From Candidatus Woesebacteria bacterium (GTDB lineage Bacteria; Patescibacteriota; Microgenomatia; UBA8517), in the NCBI GenBank assembly GCA_016432365.1, contig CP066686.1, positions 938,918-1,002,917 of the forward strand: 64,000 nucleotides of DNA. Direction: 5' to 3'. Position 1 is the stretch's first letter, and the number at the start of each line of letters is the position of its first letter. This document shows, one piece after another, positions 49,785 through 58,755 of this stretch. Below the pieces are notes generated by a model, which worked only from the letters and a program-made list of their open reading frames with translations, was not told the DNA's origin and ran no database searches. Both the position numbers and the translations under genes were made by a program.

Positions 49785-51542
49785 TCACATCTTCTCAGGA
49801 GCGTCAATCCCTAATAGCTGAAGCCCATTCTTAAGCACTTGACCCGTTCCTGCAGTTAGTGCGAGTCTGAAATTCCCCACTTCTTCGTTCTTCGTTTTTC
49901 CTTCTTCGCTTATTATTCTATTATGCGCGGGGCCTAAGGCTTCGTCTTTCGTGCGCTCGTCATTTGTATTCAAAATCCTATTGTGAGCGTAAAAAGTGTT
50001 GAATTTTGAAGCTAAATCATATAAATAGTTGCACAAAAGATTGGGTGAGTAACTTTTGGCTGCATTGGCAATTACCTCGGAAAATCGGGACAAAGCTCTT
50101 AAAACGGTCAGCTCTTCTATTTCTAATTTTATATTATTCGCATATTCGCTCATTCGCTTATTTGAAGCCTTTGCGAGCACGGAATTAGTTCGAGCAACTG
50201 TATATTGCAGATAGGGCCCGGAATTGCCTTCCAGGGAAATGCTTTCCTTAAGATCAAATGAGATGTCTTGCGCAAGACCTGTCTTTAAAAATGAATATTT
50301 AACTGCGCCTACTGCTATCATTTCTGCCACGCCATCTTCGGTTTTATACGCTTTTTTGATTGACTCCTTGGCGTCATCAAGTATTTTTTCTCCAAGAACC
50401 ACATTGCCGGTCCTTGAACTCATTTTCCCCTCTTTCAGACGAACCCAACCATATGGAACATGGAACTCCCTGCCTTTTGTTTCCGGCTCTATAAACTCCA
50501 AAGCTTTGAAGATCACTTGAAAATACGCGCTTTGTTCTGGACCAACAGTGTGAATCAGTTTGTCGGGATTGTATTCAGAAAACTGAAGCTTTGCCAAACC
50601 CAAATCTTTGGCCTCATAGGTTGGAACACCTTTACCTGAAATAAAAACCCTGTCATGCAAGCCATATTCACTGCCGGGGAAAATAATTGCGCCCTCGCTT
50701 TCTTTTAAAATCCCTTTTTTAAGAGCTTCCAAGGCAATTTCTTTACCCTTTTGGTAGACTTCGCTCTCAAAATAAAATCTATCAAACTTCGTATAGACTC
50801 TTTTATATATTTCGGCAAAATAATCCAAACTCCATTGTCTTGTCTCGGAATACAATTTATTTATTTCATCATCGCTCTTATCATAAATAATGCCATTTAT
50901 GACATGAATTTCTTCTTTGGCTTTTTCATCAATTTCATAGGCACTTGAGCCTGTCGAATACGCCTTGCCTAAATACTCAGCCCGTTTTTTAACATCTTTT
51001 GGGTCATCAAAACCAATTCTTTTAATTCCCCATAACGCCTTTGCTATATGGAGACCAACGTCGCCCTGATAATTTGCCCGTACAACTTCTGCCCCGTTTG
51101 CCTCGTAAAGCCTAGCCAATGTTTCACCTGTTGTTATGTTTCTAAGGTGGCCTATATGAAAAGCTTTATGAGTATTGGGGTGAGCATACTCAAACATTAT
51201 TTTTTGACCTTTAAGAGAATCACTTGTGCCATATTTTTCTTTTTCCTCTTCAATCTGCATCAAATTACTAACTAGGACATCAGTTTTTAGCCAAAAATTA
51301 ATAAAACCCGGGCCGGCAACTTCAATTTTGTCTACAAATTTTGATAGTTCGGGAGATTGGGATAATTTGGATTTTATTTCTTCCGCAAGCGCCCTTGGAT
51401 TCTTGCCTTCGCTTTTTGCCATGATTAGCGCAATATTGCACGAGTAGTCGCCGAAATTTGGATTCTCGGTGAATTCCAAACTAACCACCTTTTCCCCCGA
51501 CACTTCCGTTAACACATTTATTATTCGGTCTTTAATCGACAT
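49785..51542 (-). CDS. argS: arginyl-tRNA synthetase
   Basis: Class I motifs HIGH (FHIGHLRN) and KMSK (KMSSRTG), ArgRS N-terminal add-on domain, 585 aa. Confidence 0.9.
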   Translation of the reverse strand: MSIKDRIINVLTEVSGEKVVSLEFTENPNFGDYSCNIALIMAKSEGKNPRALAEEIKSKLSQSPELSKFVDKIEVAGPGFINFWLKTDVLVSNLMQIEEEKEKYGTSDSLKGQKIMFEYAHPNTHKAFHIGHLRNITTGETLARLYEANGAEVVRANYQGDVGLHIAKALWGIKRIGFDDPKDVKKRAEYLGKAYSTGSSAYEIDEKAKEEIHVINGIIYDKSDDEINKLYSETRQWSLDYFAEIYKRVYTKFDRFYFESEVYQKGKEIALEALKKGILKESEGAIIFPGSEYGLHDRVFISGKGVPTYEAKDLGLAKLQFSEYNPDKLIHTVGPEQSAYFQVIFKALEFIEPETKGREFHVPYGWVRLKEGKMSSRTGNVVLGEKILDDAKESIKKAYKTEDGVAEMIAVGAVKYSFLKTGLAQDISFDLKESISLEGNSGPYLQYTVARTNSVLAKASNKRMSEYANNIKLEIEELTVLRALSRFSEVIANAAKSYSPNLLCNYLYDLASKFNTFYAHNRILNTNDERTKDEALGPAHNRIISEEGKTKNEEVGNFRLALTAGTGQVLKNGLQLLGIDAPEKM

Positions 51543-52635
51543 AGGTATTATTATATCCCTTTACAACCTGTTTAAAAATCTCCAAGCACTTTCCAATCTT
51601 GTCAGAATAGCAAAACTCATTGGCTTTATGCATTTGATCTGTCTCCCCCGGGCCAAATATAACAGTCGGAATTCCCCTCTCAGTAAAAAACGGCATGTCG
51701 GTTGACCCCGGGAATGCTACAATTTTTGCTTTCGAAACGTTTTTGACGATTTTGACGATGTCTTCGCCGCTTTCCGTGAATCCGAAGCTAACCGGTGGAT
51801 AAAGGTACTCAATTCCTCCCAGTCTGCCTACGGATCTTTTTACAACCTCAAAAGCCAATGAGTGCATTTCCGGAATGGTTCTAATATCAAAAGTTGCGCT
51901 ACACATATCCGGAAATTTATTTGGCGTTACAGCATTCCCGGCAATAATCGAAGTTGCAAGGCCAATCGTCGAAGACCCCAGAACTTCATTGCTATATCTT
52001 TTCTTCCAAATCTTTCCCAATTTCTCAATATTTGAAATTACTTTATACATTTTGAGAACGGAGTGATCATTGGTTTTTATTGGTTTGCTCCCGTGTCCGG
52101 ATTTGCCATTTGTGGTAATTTTTAAAAACAAATTTCCTTTATGTGCAACGCCGATTAATTCCAAACCAGTCGGTTCACAGACGATTGCTGATATCTTTTT
52201 ATATGTTTTTAAATGGTTTGTTGCCAACCATTCAACTGTATCATTTGTTCCGTGGCCATCCACCTCCTCCCCGACTGTAAATGTAAGAATTACATCACAC
52301 TCCGGTTTTTTAACTGAAAATTCTTTTGCCAAAAGCATAAGTACGGCGATAGATGCCTTATTATCGCTTGCCCCAAGACCAAATATTTTTCCATCTTTTT
52401 CGATTCCACCAAAAGGATCGTATTGCCACAGTTTGACGTCACCCGGAGATACAGTATCCACATGTGCATTAAATATCAAACATTTTTTACTGTTTGACCC
52501 TTTAATGACAAGAACCACATTACCTTTAACATTAACGGGATTTACGCCATAGGAGGTCAGGAGATCTGCAATATACTTGCAAATCCCCTGTTCCATCCCT
52601 GTAACAGAATTAATCTGTATTAACTTTTTTAGCAT
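51532..52635 (-). CDS. M20-family metallopeptidase (ArgE/DapE-like deacylase)
   Basis: NAHVDTVSPGD, GASDNKASIAVLM, GEEVDGHG metal-binding motifs. Confidence 0.8.
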   Translation of the reverse strand: MLKKLIQINSVTGMEQGICKYIADLLTSYGVNPVNVKGNVVLVIKGSNSKKCLIFNAHVDTVSPGDVKLWQYDPFGGIEKDGKIFGLGASDNKASIAVLMLLAKEFSVKKPECDVILTFTVGEEVDGHGTNDTVEWLATNHLKTYKKISAIVCEPTGLELIGVAHKGNLFLKITTNGKSGHGSKPIKTNDHSVLKMYKVISNIEKLGKIWKKRYSNEVLGSSTIGLATSIIAGNAVTPNKFPDMCSATFDIRTIPEMHSLAFEVVKRSVGRLGGIEYLYPPVSFGFTESGEDIVKIVKNVSKAKIVAFPGSTDMPFFTERGIPTVIFGPGETDQMHKANEFCYSDKIGKCLEIFKQVVKGYNNTYVD

Positions 52636-53228
52636 TATTTGATTTTAACCGGTATGTCACAACACAACTTGTTCTGCCATTTGGCCTGATCGAATTTTGG
52701 ACAATTGATACACTCACCAAAGACTTCATCCGGCAAAATTCCAGGCTTAGTAATCACTTCACCTCCGTGATCCAAAAAAATCTTAAGACTTTTTTCGTTG
52801 CAAAGCGCAAACAAATTCGCTTTGGGGTGTTTAGACTTGGCCGCTTCAATGAGTTTTCCAACTATTGCATGCCCTAATCCCATTTCTCTGTGACTAGTAC
52901 CCACAACAATCGCGCCAAGCTCGATCCAGTTATCAGACCACTCAAAAGTGACCGCACCAAATCCAATCGGCTTTGGTGTTCTTCCGTATTCCCAAGCCAC
53001 AACACTTACGCTGTTTTCTAACAAGAACAGAATCTCCTCCGGCTCTTTGGGTAACATCGTACCAGCCTCTTTTGTCCATCTGGACACTACAGCCGCAACC
53101 ATTTTGTTCTCGTCATATTCAACGAATTCTATTTCTTTTACAATTTGTTGATTTTCTTTCATATTTATCACCCACTTTCCAGAGCTTTTGGCTCTAAAAC
53201 ACAAAAAAGCCCCTCTGAACACCGACAA
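52635..53228 (-). CDS. GNAT-family N-acetyltransferase with C-terminal Cys cluster
   Basis: GNAT core (IGFGAVTFEW...HREMGLGHAIVGKLIEAA); C-terminal CINCPKF...CCD. Start likely at MKENQQ (53163). Confidence 0.6.
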   Translation of the reverse strand: MSVFRGAFLCFRAKSSGKWVINMKENQQIVKEIEFVEYDENKMVAAVVSRWTKEAGTMLPKEPEEILFLLENSVSVVAWEYGRTPKPIGFGAVTFEWSDNWIELGAIVVGTSHREMGLGHAIVGKLIEAAKSKHPKANLFALCNEKSLKIFLDHGGEVITKPGILPDEVFGECINCPKFDQAKWQNKLCCDIPVKIK

Positions 53229-53544
53229 ACGTCAGTATTCAAAGGGGCCTTACTAATTCCTAGTTTCTAACGACTAGTTACTAGTCCGACGGTACCACCC
53301 TTTTTCGACTTTCCAAAAAAAATCCGTCTTGCGACGGAAAACTGAAAAATTGGAAAAATCCTCTTTTCAGAGCTCCGCTAATTGCGACACTCTTTGTCGT
53401 ATTTTTACTGTTGACTTCAGTCGTAGTAATTTCCCTAAGGAATTTCTCCTACGCAGCTCGTCTACTGCGGTAGACTCAAACGCATTTATTAAACTGAAAG
53501 TGATATTACAACAACCTTTTTCCCTTGTCAAATCGTCTCCAGCC

Positions 53545-53573
53545 TTGACTTTTGACCAAAAATAGCCTATAAT
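53545..53573 (+). promoter_or_regulatory. sigma70-like promoter (TTGACT-17-TATAAT)
   Basis: TTGACT 53545-53550, 17-nt spacer, TATAAT 53568-53573; ~155-nt leader before ORF 53729. Confidence 0.5.
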
Positions 53574-53728
53574 TAACACTTTGAAAGGCCAATTGCGGCT
53601 TTTGTGAAATTCTTAGCACTTTTATAAAAAGAAAGAAAAACAGTTTTGTGGCTGGATTAGAGTGCGCTTACGGTGCTTTCTAACCCAGTCACTTGGCTGC
53701 AAAAAATTGTAGTGAAAAGGAGTCATAA

Positions 53729-53950
53729 ATGGACAAAAACAAAAATACTGTAGATTTCCTCCTCGTAATTATTGCCACGATTGTGGTAGGAGGAATCGTC
53801 CTCGCAATTGTTTACTATGCCGGGCCGGCAATCCTGGTGGGAATCCAAAGTTGGTTCAAACAAGCGACCTTCCCCGAAATCGGAATGTTGTTCATCGCTC
53901 TCTTCCTGATCGTTTTGGTCTCCGGTTTTTTCCGGAACCTCCGTCGGTAG
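53729..53950 (+). CDS. small 2-TM membrane protein (73 aa)
   Basis: AAAAGGAG RBS; two hydrophobic helices; preferred over the antisense ORF 53723..53995. Confidence 0.5.
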   Translation: MDKNKNTVDFLLVIIATIVVGGIVLAIVYYAGPAILVGIQSWFKQATFPEIGMLFIALFLIVLVSGFFRNLRR

Positions 53951-54025
53951 GGGAAATTTGCTCGTTGGGCTGAAGTTTGCTCTTCGAGCACGCAATTTTT
54001 CTTTTTTTTCTTTCTTTCTTTATCT

Positions 54026-54080
54026 CGGACAGGAGCATTTGTCTATTATTTTTATCCAATAGATATTTGTCTCCTGTCCG
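54026..54080. promoter_or_regulatory. perfect 10-bp inverted repeat (CGGACAGGAG/CTCCTGTCCG) with 35-nt AT-rich spacer upstream of sigma factor gene
   Basis: Seen directly; inner imperfect palindrome TCTATTA.../AATAGA; preceded by T-rich tract and a shorter hairpin (TGCTCG/CGAGCA at ~53968-53991). Confidence 0.4.
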
Positions 54081-54092
54081 TGCACGCCTCAA

Positions 54093-55142
54093 TTGCTTTT
54101 TACTGCCCCTTTCGAATACAATGCTGGCATGTCCAAGGAAAGACCGGCAAAACCTACATTTAACCTCCCCAACCCCACTGACGACGACCTTGCTCAAATT
54201 GAAGAAAAATATATAAAAAATTACAAATTTGATCATTCCCTAATCACAAACGTAGAAATTGACGACATGTTGGGTTTGCACCTCGCAAGCCTGCCTCAAA
54301 TCAAATTAAATTCCCTGGAAGAAGATATTGCCCTGGCCAAACGTATCGAAAAAGGCGGCGAGGATGCCTACGAGGCCCGCGAGGCTCTTCTTTACTCCGT
54401 CGCCCATATGGTAATCTCCGAAGCCGCAAAACGCGCCAAAGACAAGCAAACAATGATGGATTTGGTCCAGGAAGGAAATCTAGTTCTTTGGGAAAAGGCT
54501 ATTGAGGGGTATAACTGGAGACGCGGTTTTAAATTTTCAACCTTTGCTATGTGGTGGATAAAAGCAGCTCAATCGCGGACAATCAACAGAAATTCAGGAG
54601 CCTACAGAATTCCTGAAAATGTAATTTACTCTTCAAGAAAAGTCCGGAACACCATGTATCAACTTACTGCCGAAAAAGGTCACACACCAACCTTGGAAGA
54701 CATTTCGGAAAAGACTGAGATTAAACCGGCAAGAGTAAAAAAACTGCTGGATTATACCCGGCAAAGACAAGTCTCACTCTCTTCAAAAATAAATCCACAT
54801 GACGACACGGAAATAGCAGACCAGTTAGAAGATGAAAACGCCCCCTACCGTAACTCACTAGAAGACCAAATCGACGAAAATGATATAACGGAAACTTTAA
54901 AAAGAAAAGTCGATTCGGAGTTGTCAAAGCTCATTTCAAGGCAGAGAGAGGTCTTAAAATTTAGACTGGGAATTGGCAACCAAAACAAATGGAACGGAGA
55001 ACGCATGACATTCGAACAAATAGGAAAAATCATGGGCGGCATTACCAGGGAACGCGTTAGACAAATTCAAAGGGATGGGCTTAGACATATTAAAGACAGA
55101 GAGGTTCATGAGTTACTACTGACAATCCTTTCCACACACTAA
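54093..55142 (+). CDS. sigma-70 family RNA polymerase sigma factor (RpoD-like, regions 1.2-4)
   Basis: LVQEGNLVLWEKAIEGYNWRRGFKFSTFAMWWIKAAQSR (region 2), TFEQIGKIMGGITRERVRQIQRDGLRHIK (region 4.2). Start may be 54129. Confidence 0.85.
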   Translation: MLFTAPFEYNAGMSKERPAKPTFNLPNPTDDDLAQIEEKYIKNYKFDHSLITNVEIDDMLGLHLASLPQIKLNSLEEDIALAKRIEKGGEDAYEAREALLYSVAHMVISEAAKRAKDKQTMMDLVQEGNLVLWEKAIEGYNWRRGFKFSTFAMWWIKAAQSRTINRNSGAYRIPENVIYSSRKVRNTMYQLTAEKGHTPTLEDISEKTEIKPARVKKLLDYTRQRQVSLSSKINPHDDTEIADQLEDENAPYRNSLEDQIDENDITETLKRKVDSELSKLISRQREVLKFRLGIGNQNKWNGERMTFEQIGKIMGGITRERVRQIQRDGLRHIKDREVHELLLTILSTH

Positions 55143-55349
55143 ACTTGACTCCAAGGCCCGACTTGATATAATACCCACTATAGGTTACTAGCCTTAATTT
55201 GTTGAAAGGACCTTAAAATGAGGAATAAGAATCGTCCAAAATGGGCAGTAATTTTTTTGCTGTCAGTGATTTTTTGTTTAATCGTTTTAATTGCAACGGT
55301 ACTAAACCCTCTTGCATATTATGTTTTCAATCGCTGAAAGGAGCGAAAA

Positions 55350-55709
55350 ATGAAAAAGAAAGTTTTTTTGATTTTGATCGTGTTTATTGCCTTAACCGCC
55401 TGCGCACCCAAAGCTGTAAATTCGACTGCCGTTGAAGCACCCAAGCCATCTGAATATACAAACCTTGAGGCCACCGTCTTTATTGGCAACTACTGGCAGG
55501 GGGCTTGCGGGGATTCGTGGATGATCTTTGTACAGGCATCGGATTCAGGAAGTGTAACGCTTCTTGAGGGGAATCCCAACGTCAGCCTTGTTGCAATCCC
55601 ACGCAAAGCGCCAGGCGCTTTTTTCTCAGGATGTAAATTCATCCGAGTTGTTCCCAACGAACAAGCCGGCAACGGAGACTGGAAAGTAAAAATTTACGGC
55701 TTGCCGTAA
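55350..55709 (+). CDS. lipoprotein (signal peptide + lipobox LTAC)
   Basis: MKKKVFLILIVFIALTAC; AAAGGAG RBS. Confidence 0.55.
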   Translation: MKKKVFLILIVFIALTACAPKAVNSTAVEAPKPSEYTNLEATVFIGNYWQGACGDSWMIFVQASDSGSVTLLEGNPNVSLVAIPRKAPGAFFSGCKFIRVVPNEQAGNGDWKVKIYGLP

Positions 55710-55718
55710 AAAAATTCA

Positions 55719-55760
55719 AGAAGAACTGAAGGGAAACCCCTTTCTTTCAGTTCTTCTGCT
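55719..55760. terminator. bidirectional hairpin terminator between convergent genes
   Basis: GAAGAACTGAAGG ... CTTTCAGTTCTTC stem; flanked by A-run and T-run. Confidence 0.5.
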
Positions 55761-55794
55761 TTACCTCGCCGAAGTCTTGACGAAGGCGGGTCCC

Positions 55795-56628
55795 CTACTT
55801 TCCAATCCAATACTTCTCGCCATCTGTCGAAACAATAACATCACCACCCATATCAGTTCTCAATACTCTTATGTTATATTTACCTAACAAGTCCAATATT
55901 TCTTTGTGTGGATGGCCGTAAATATTATTCTTTCCGACACTAATTACCGCAACTTGAGGATATAATGCTTTTACAAGCATTTCGGACAGACCATTCTTGC
56001 TTCCATGATGATTCACTTTGAGATAGTTAACCCCTTCGACTTCGCCCAGGGCTGATAGCCCATCACTAATTTTGTTTTCAACATCCGCTGTAAAAATAGC
56101 CTTGAATTTGCCAAATTTAAGCAGATCCACAACGCCAATATTATTTGCATTGGGATCACTGAATCCACTATCCGGATTAAGTATATCTAAATATATCATT
56201 CCTACCCTGAGTACCTGACCTGTATGTGGCCTTATGACCTTTGTACCACTACCCCCCACCTCTTTCTTTAGCACTTGATAGTCAACACTGCCAGATTCAA
56301 CATTGTTATACAAAAAATTGTCCACTTTATATCTTTTAAAGACTTCTATTAGCCCAAAATAATGATCTTTCTGTGGATGGGTTGAAATTGCAAGTTCTAT
56401 CTCTCGGTCCCAAAATGGAACATGCTTACTAAGACATTCCAGAACTCTGTTGTTTGGTCCGCCGTCGGTTAAAATTTGAATATTCTTATAAATAACAAGG
56501 ATTGCGTCCCCCTGCCCCACATCACAAGCGACTATGTGTAAATACCCATCCGGCAACTGAAATATTGCCATTACAATTACCGATAAAATTAAAATTAAAG
56601 TTATATAGAGATATTTCCAAATTTGCAT
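55795..56628 (-). CDS. ComEC/Rec2 C-terminal metallo-beta-lactamase-fold domain protein (separate gene)
   Basis: MBL motifs (ACDVGQGDA, STHPQKDH, VNHHGSKNG); own N-terminal TM. Confidence 0.7.
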   Translation of the reverse strand: MQIWKYLYITLILILSVIVMAIFQLPDGYLHIVACDVGQGDAILVIYKNIQILTDGGPNNRVLECLSKHVPFWDREIELAISTHPQKDHYFGLIEVFKRYKVDNFLYNNVESGSVDYQVLKKEVGGSGTKVIRPHTGQVLRVGMIYLDILNPDSGFSDPNANNIGVVDLLKFGKFKAIFTADVENKISDGLSALGEVEGVNYLKVNHHGSKNGLSEMLVKALYPQVAVISVGKNNIYGHPHKEILDLLGKYNIRVLRTDMGGDVIVSTDGEKYWIGK

Positions 56629-56629
56629 A

Positions 56630-56735
56630 ATTCAAAAGTCAAAATTTAGAAATCAAAAATACAAGTTAGAAGTAAAAATACAAACTTTTGACTTTTTACT
56701 TGAAATTTTGAGTTTTGACTTTTACCTTTTGACTT
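56630..56735. repeat. dispersed TTTTGACTTTT repeat block between the two ComEC genes
   Basis: caaaagtcaaaatttagaaatcaaaaatacaagttagaagtaaaaatacaaacttttgactttttacttgaaattttgagttttgacttttaccttttgactt. Confidence 0.6.
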
Positions 56736-57807
56736 AGCTAAATAGTTCTACTATTCTCACAAACCACCACAAAAGTGAATAGCTTAACCAAAGTATTATT
56801 TTACCGAAAAATGGCATGACAAGTCCGACAACCCCACCTACGCTTCCCAAAATCATAATATAGGGAATCGTCCAAAGAACTAGGGCGTTAATTAAAGGAG
56901 ACCATATATTAAACTGTCCAAATGTAACAAACAATATCGGGGCTACACCGATTTGAGCTGCCAAAGATGTAGAAAGTCCTTCTCTAAGTAAACTGGGGAT
57001 CTTAAGTAACTTTGAATTGATTCTTTTTTCAAAAAGCATAAGTGAGGCCGTTGAAACAAAAGACAATATAAAACCAATGTCGGTTATCCAACTTGGGTTA
57101 TATACAAGCATTGCCCCAGCTGTCAGGAACAAGATCCGCATTGTAGACACCATCCGCCCAGTTCCCTGCCCCAAAAAAATAATAGAAGACATTATAGCTG
57201 CCCTCACGAGCGGTGCATCAAAACCCGACACAAAGAGATACAAAATAATACCTAATATAGCAAACACTATCGCTTTTCTTCTGGTTAAGTACAATGTAAG
57301 AACTCCCATCAAAAAAGATACAACGAAAGTTATGTTGGTTCCTGATGCAACTACAACATGGGCCACTCCTGCAAGTTTTGTCTGATTATAAAAATCCGGT
57401 GAAAGCGCCCCCTTGGACCCAATTACAATTCCGCCCAATAGACCCCCTTCCGGCTCCGGTAAAGCCTTTTGATAAAAAGAAATTATGTTGTTTCGAAATA
57501 GCGATGTAAAACTTTTTGAAGGACTGGTACTTATTAATTTTGGATCCTCTAATTTTCCGCTGCCGACAACTCCCTCAACAACAATTTTATCGCCGTATGA
57601 TATTTCCGGAAAAAGCGGGAGCTTAATTTTTAGTCCGGTAACTTTTAAATATTGCCCGGTGGAATAACGGACCGGGTCGGACAGTATTGTGGTAGTTATA
57701 CGGACCCGGTCGCCAATATGGTAAACGGGGCGGGTTGTGAAATATCTAAAAATAATTAGAAAGATTAATAGAAACCAAATTAAGTATTTCATTAAGTCAA
57801 AAATCAA
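56734..57807 (-). CDS. ComEC/Rec2 N-terminal membrane competence domain protein
   Basis: Polytopic; ...LAGVAHVVVASGTNITFV... resembles ComEC competence domain. Confidence 0.7.
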   Translation of the reverse strand: MIFDLMKYLIWFLLIFLIIFRYFTTRPVYHIGDRVRITTTILSDPVRYSTGQYLKVTGLKIKLPLFPEISYGDKIVVEGVVGSGKLEDPKLISTSPSKSFTSLFRNNIISFYQKALPEPEGGLLGGIVIGSKGALSPDFYNQTKLAGVAHVVVASGTNITFVVSFLMGVLTLYLTRRKAIVFAILGIILYLFVSGFDAPLVRAAIMSSIIFLGQGTGRMVSTMRILFLTAGAMLVYNPSWITDIGFILSFVSTASLMLFEKRINSKLLKIPSLLREGLSTSLAAQIGVAPILFVTFGQFNIWSPLINALVLWTIPYIMILGSVGGVVGLVMPFFGKIILWLSYSLLWWFVRIVELFS

Positions 57808-57905
57808 AATTTAGAAGTCAAAAATACAAGTTAAAATTTAAAATTGTAACTACTTTTGCCTTTTGAATTGTAATTTTGAATTTTGATTTTTGCATTTTAA
57901 ATTAT
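57790..57905. repeat. dispersed TTTTGA repeat block between ComEC-N and ComEA
   Basis: agtcaaaaatcaaaatttagaagtcaaaaatacaagtt...ttttgaattgtaattttgaattttgatttttgcatttt; first half nearly identical to the start of block 62790. Confidence 0.6.
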
Positions 57906-58558
57906 TAGTAAACACTTATTTTATCTTTAATCTTTTCGTACAAACTTTGTTTAATAGCCCCCTTGGATACCAATTCTTCTGTAGTTGAGTACGGTCTGTG
58001 TTCAATTATGTTTTGGCCGTATACTTGGCCAATTCCGGGTAACGAGTCCAGTTGATTGAGGCTTGCGGTGTTGATGTTTATTAATGTGTTACTATCGGAT
58101 GAAAAAGTGGATGATGTAGTTTGATCCCCACCACCAGTTTTAGCAATCGTTTCATTTGACTGCTGATTGGCGTTGGGTATGTACACCTTTTGTCCGTCTG
58201 TTAGTTTTGCGGCGCGGTTTAAATATTTATCTGTCCAAACTCTGTCGGCATTAACAGAAAACCCATTGGAAATAACTAAAAGATCTTCAATACGACTATC
58301 ACCGGGGAGTTTATAAACTCCGGGTTTTACTACTTCTCCTGCAATTTCCACTATTATCTCCCCGACTGTTGAGTTATCCGTACTTCCACTTAGAACTTCT
58401 ACTTTTGTCGATGGAGATACCAGTCCGCTTTTAAAAAAGAAAACCCCAGCGCCAGTGGCGATTAACCCCCCGAGAAATATTAAAAGAGGATAACGAAAAC
58501 GGTTTAACAGTTCATCGATATTGAAGCTGTGCATTACTAAACTATACACCAAAATCAA
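57905..58558 (-). CDS. comEA: ComEA DNA-binding competence protein (TM + SLBB + helix-hairpin-helix)
   Basis: C-terminal INTASLNQLDSLPGIGQVYGQNIIEHRPYSTTEEL HhH motif. Confidence 0.8.
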   Translation of the reverse strand: MILVYSLVMHSFNIDELLNRFRYPLLIFLGGLIATGAGVFFFKSGLVSPSTKVEVLSGSTDNSTVGEIIVEIAGEVVKPGVYKLPGDSRIEDLLVISNGFSVNADRVWTDKYLNRAAKLTDGQKVYIPNANQQSNETIAKTGGGDQTTSSTFSSDSNTLININTASLNQLDSLPGIGQVYGQNIIEHRPYSTTEELVSKGAIKQSLYEKIKDKISVY

Positions 58559-58755
58559 ATGCGCATTTCATTAAGCATTGCTACTCTAATCATCCGCCTG
58601 AGTTCCCCATGAGGTTGAAGATCGCTTTGTGATGCCATATTCGTATCAAATGAAGGCCTATCTAAAGTTTCAGGATGTTCCTGCAAATACTTGCGTTCAC
58701 TGTCCGCAATGTGTTTGTTCTCCATCGCCTGTAAGTATCGTTCGAGTAGGCTCAT
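58555..58755 (-). CDS. small hypothetical protein (66 aa) between leuS and comEA
   Basis: ORF with 4-nt overlaps on both sides; no family. Confidence 0.3.
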   Translation of the reverse strand: MSLLERYLQAMENKHIADSERKYLQEHPETLDRPSFDTNMASQSDLQPHGELRRMIRVAMLNEMRI

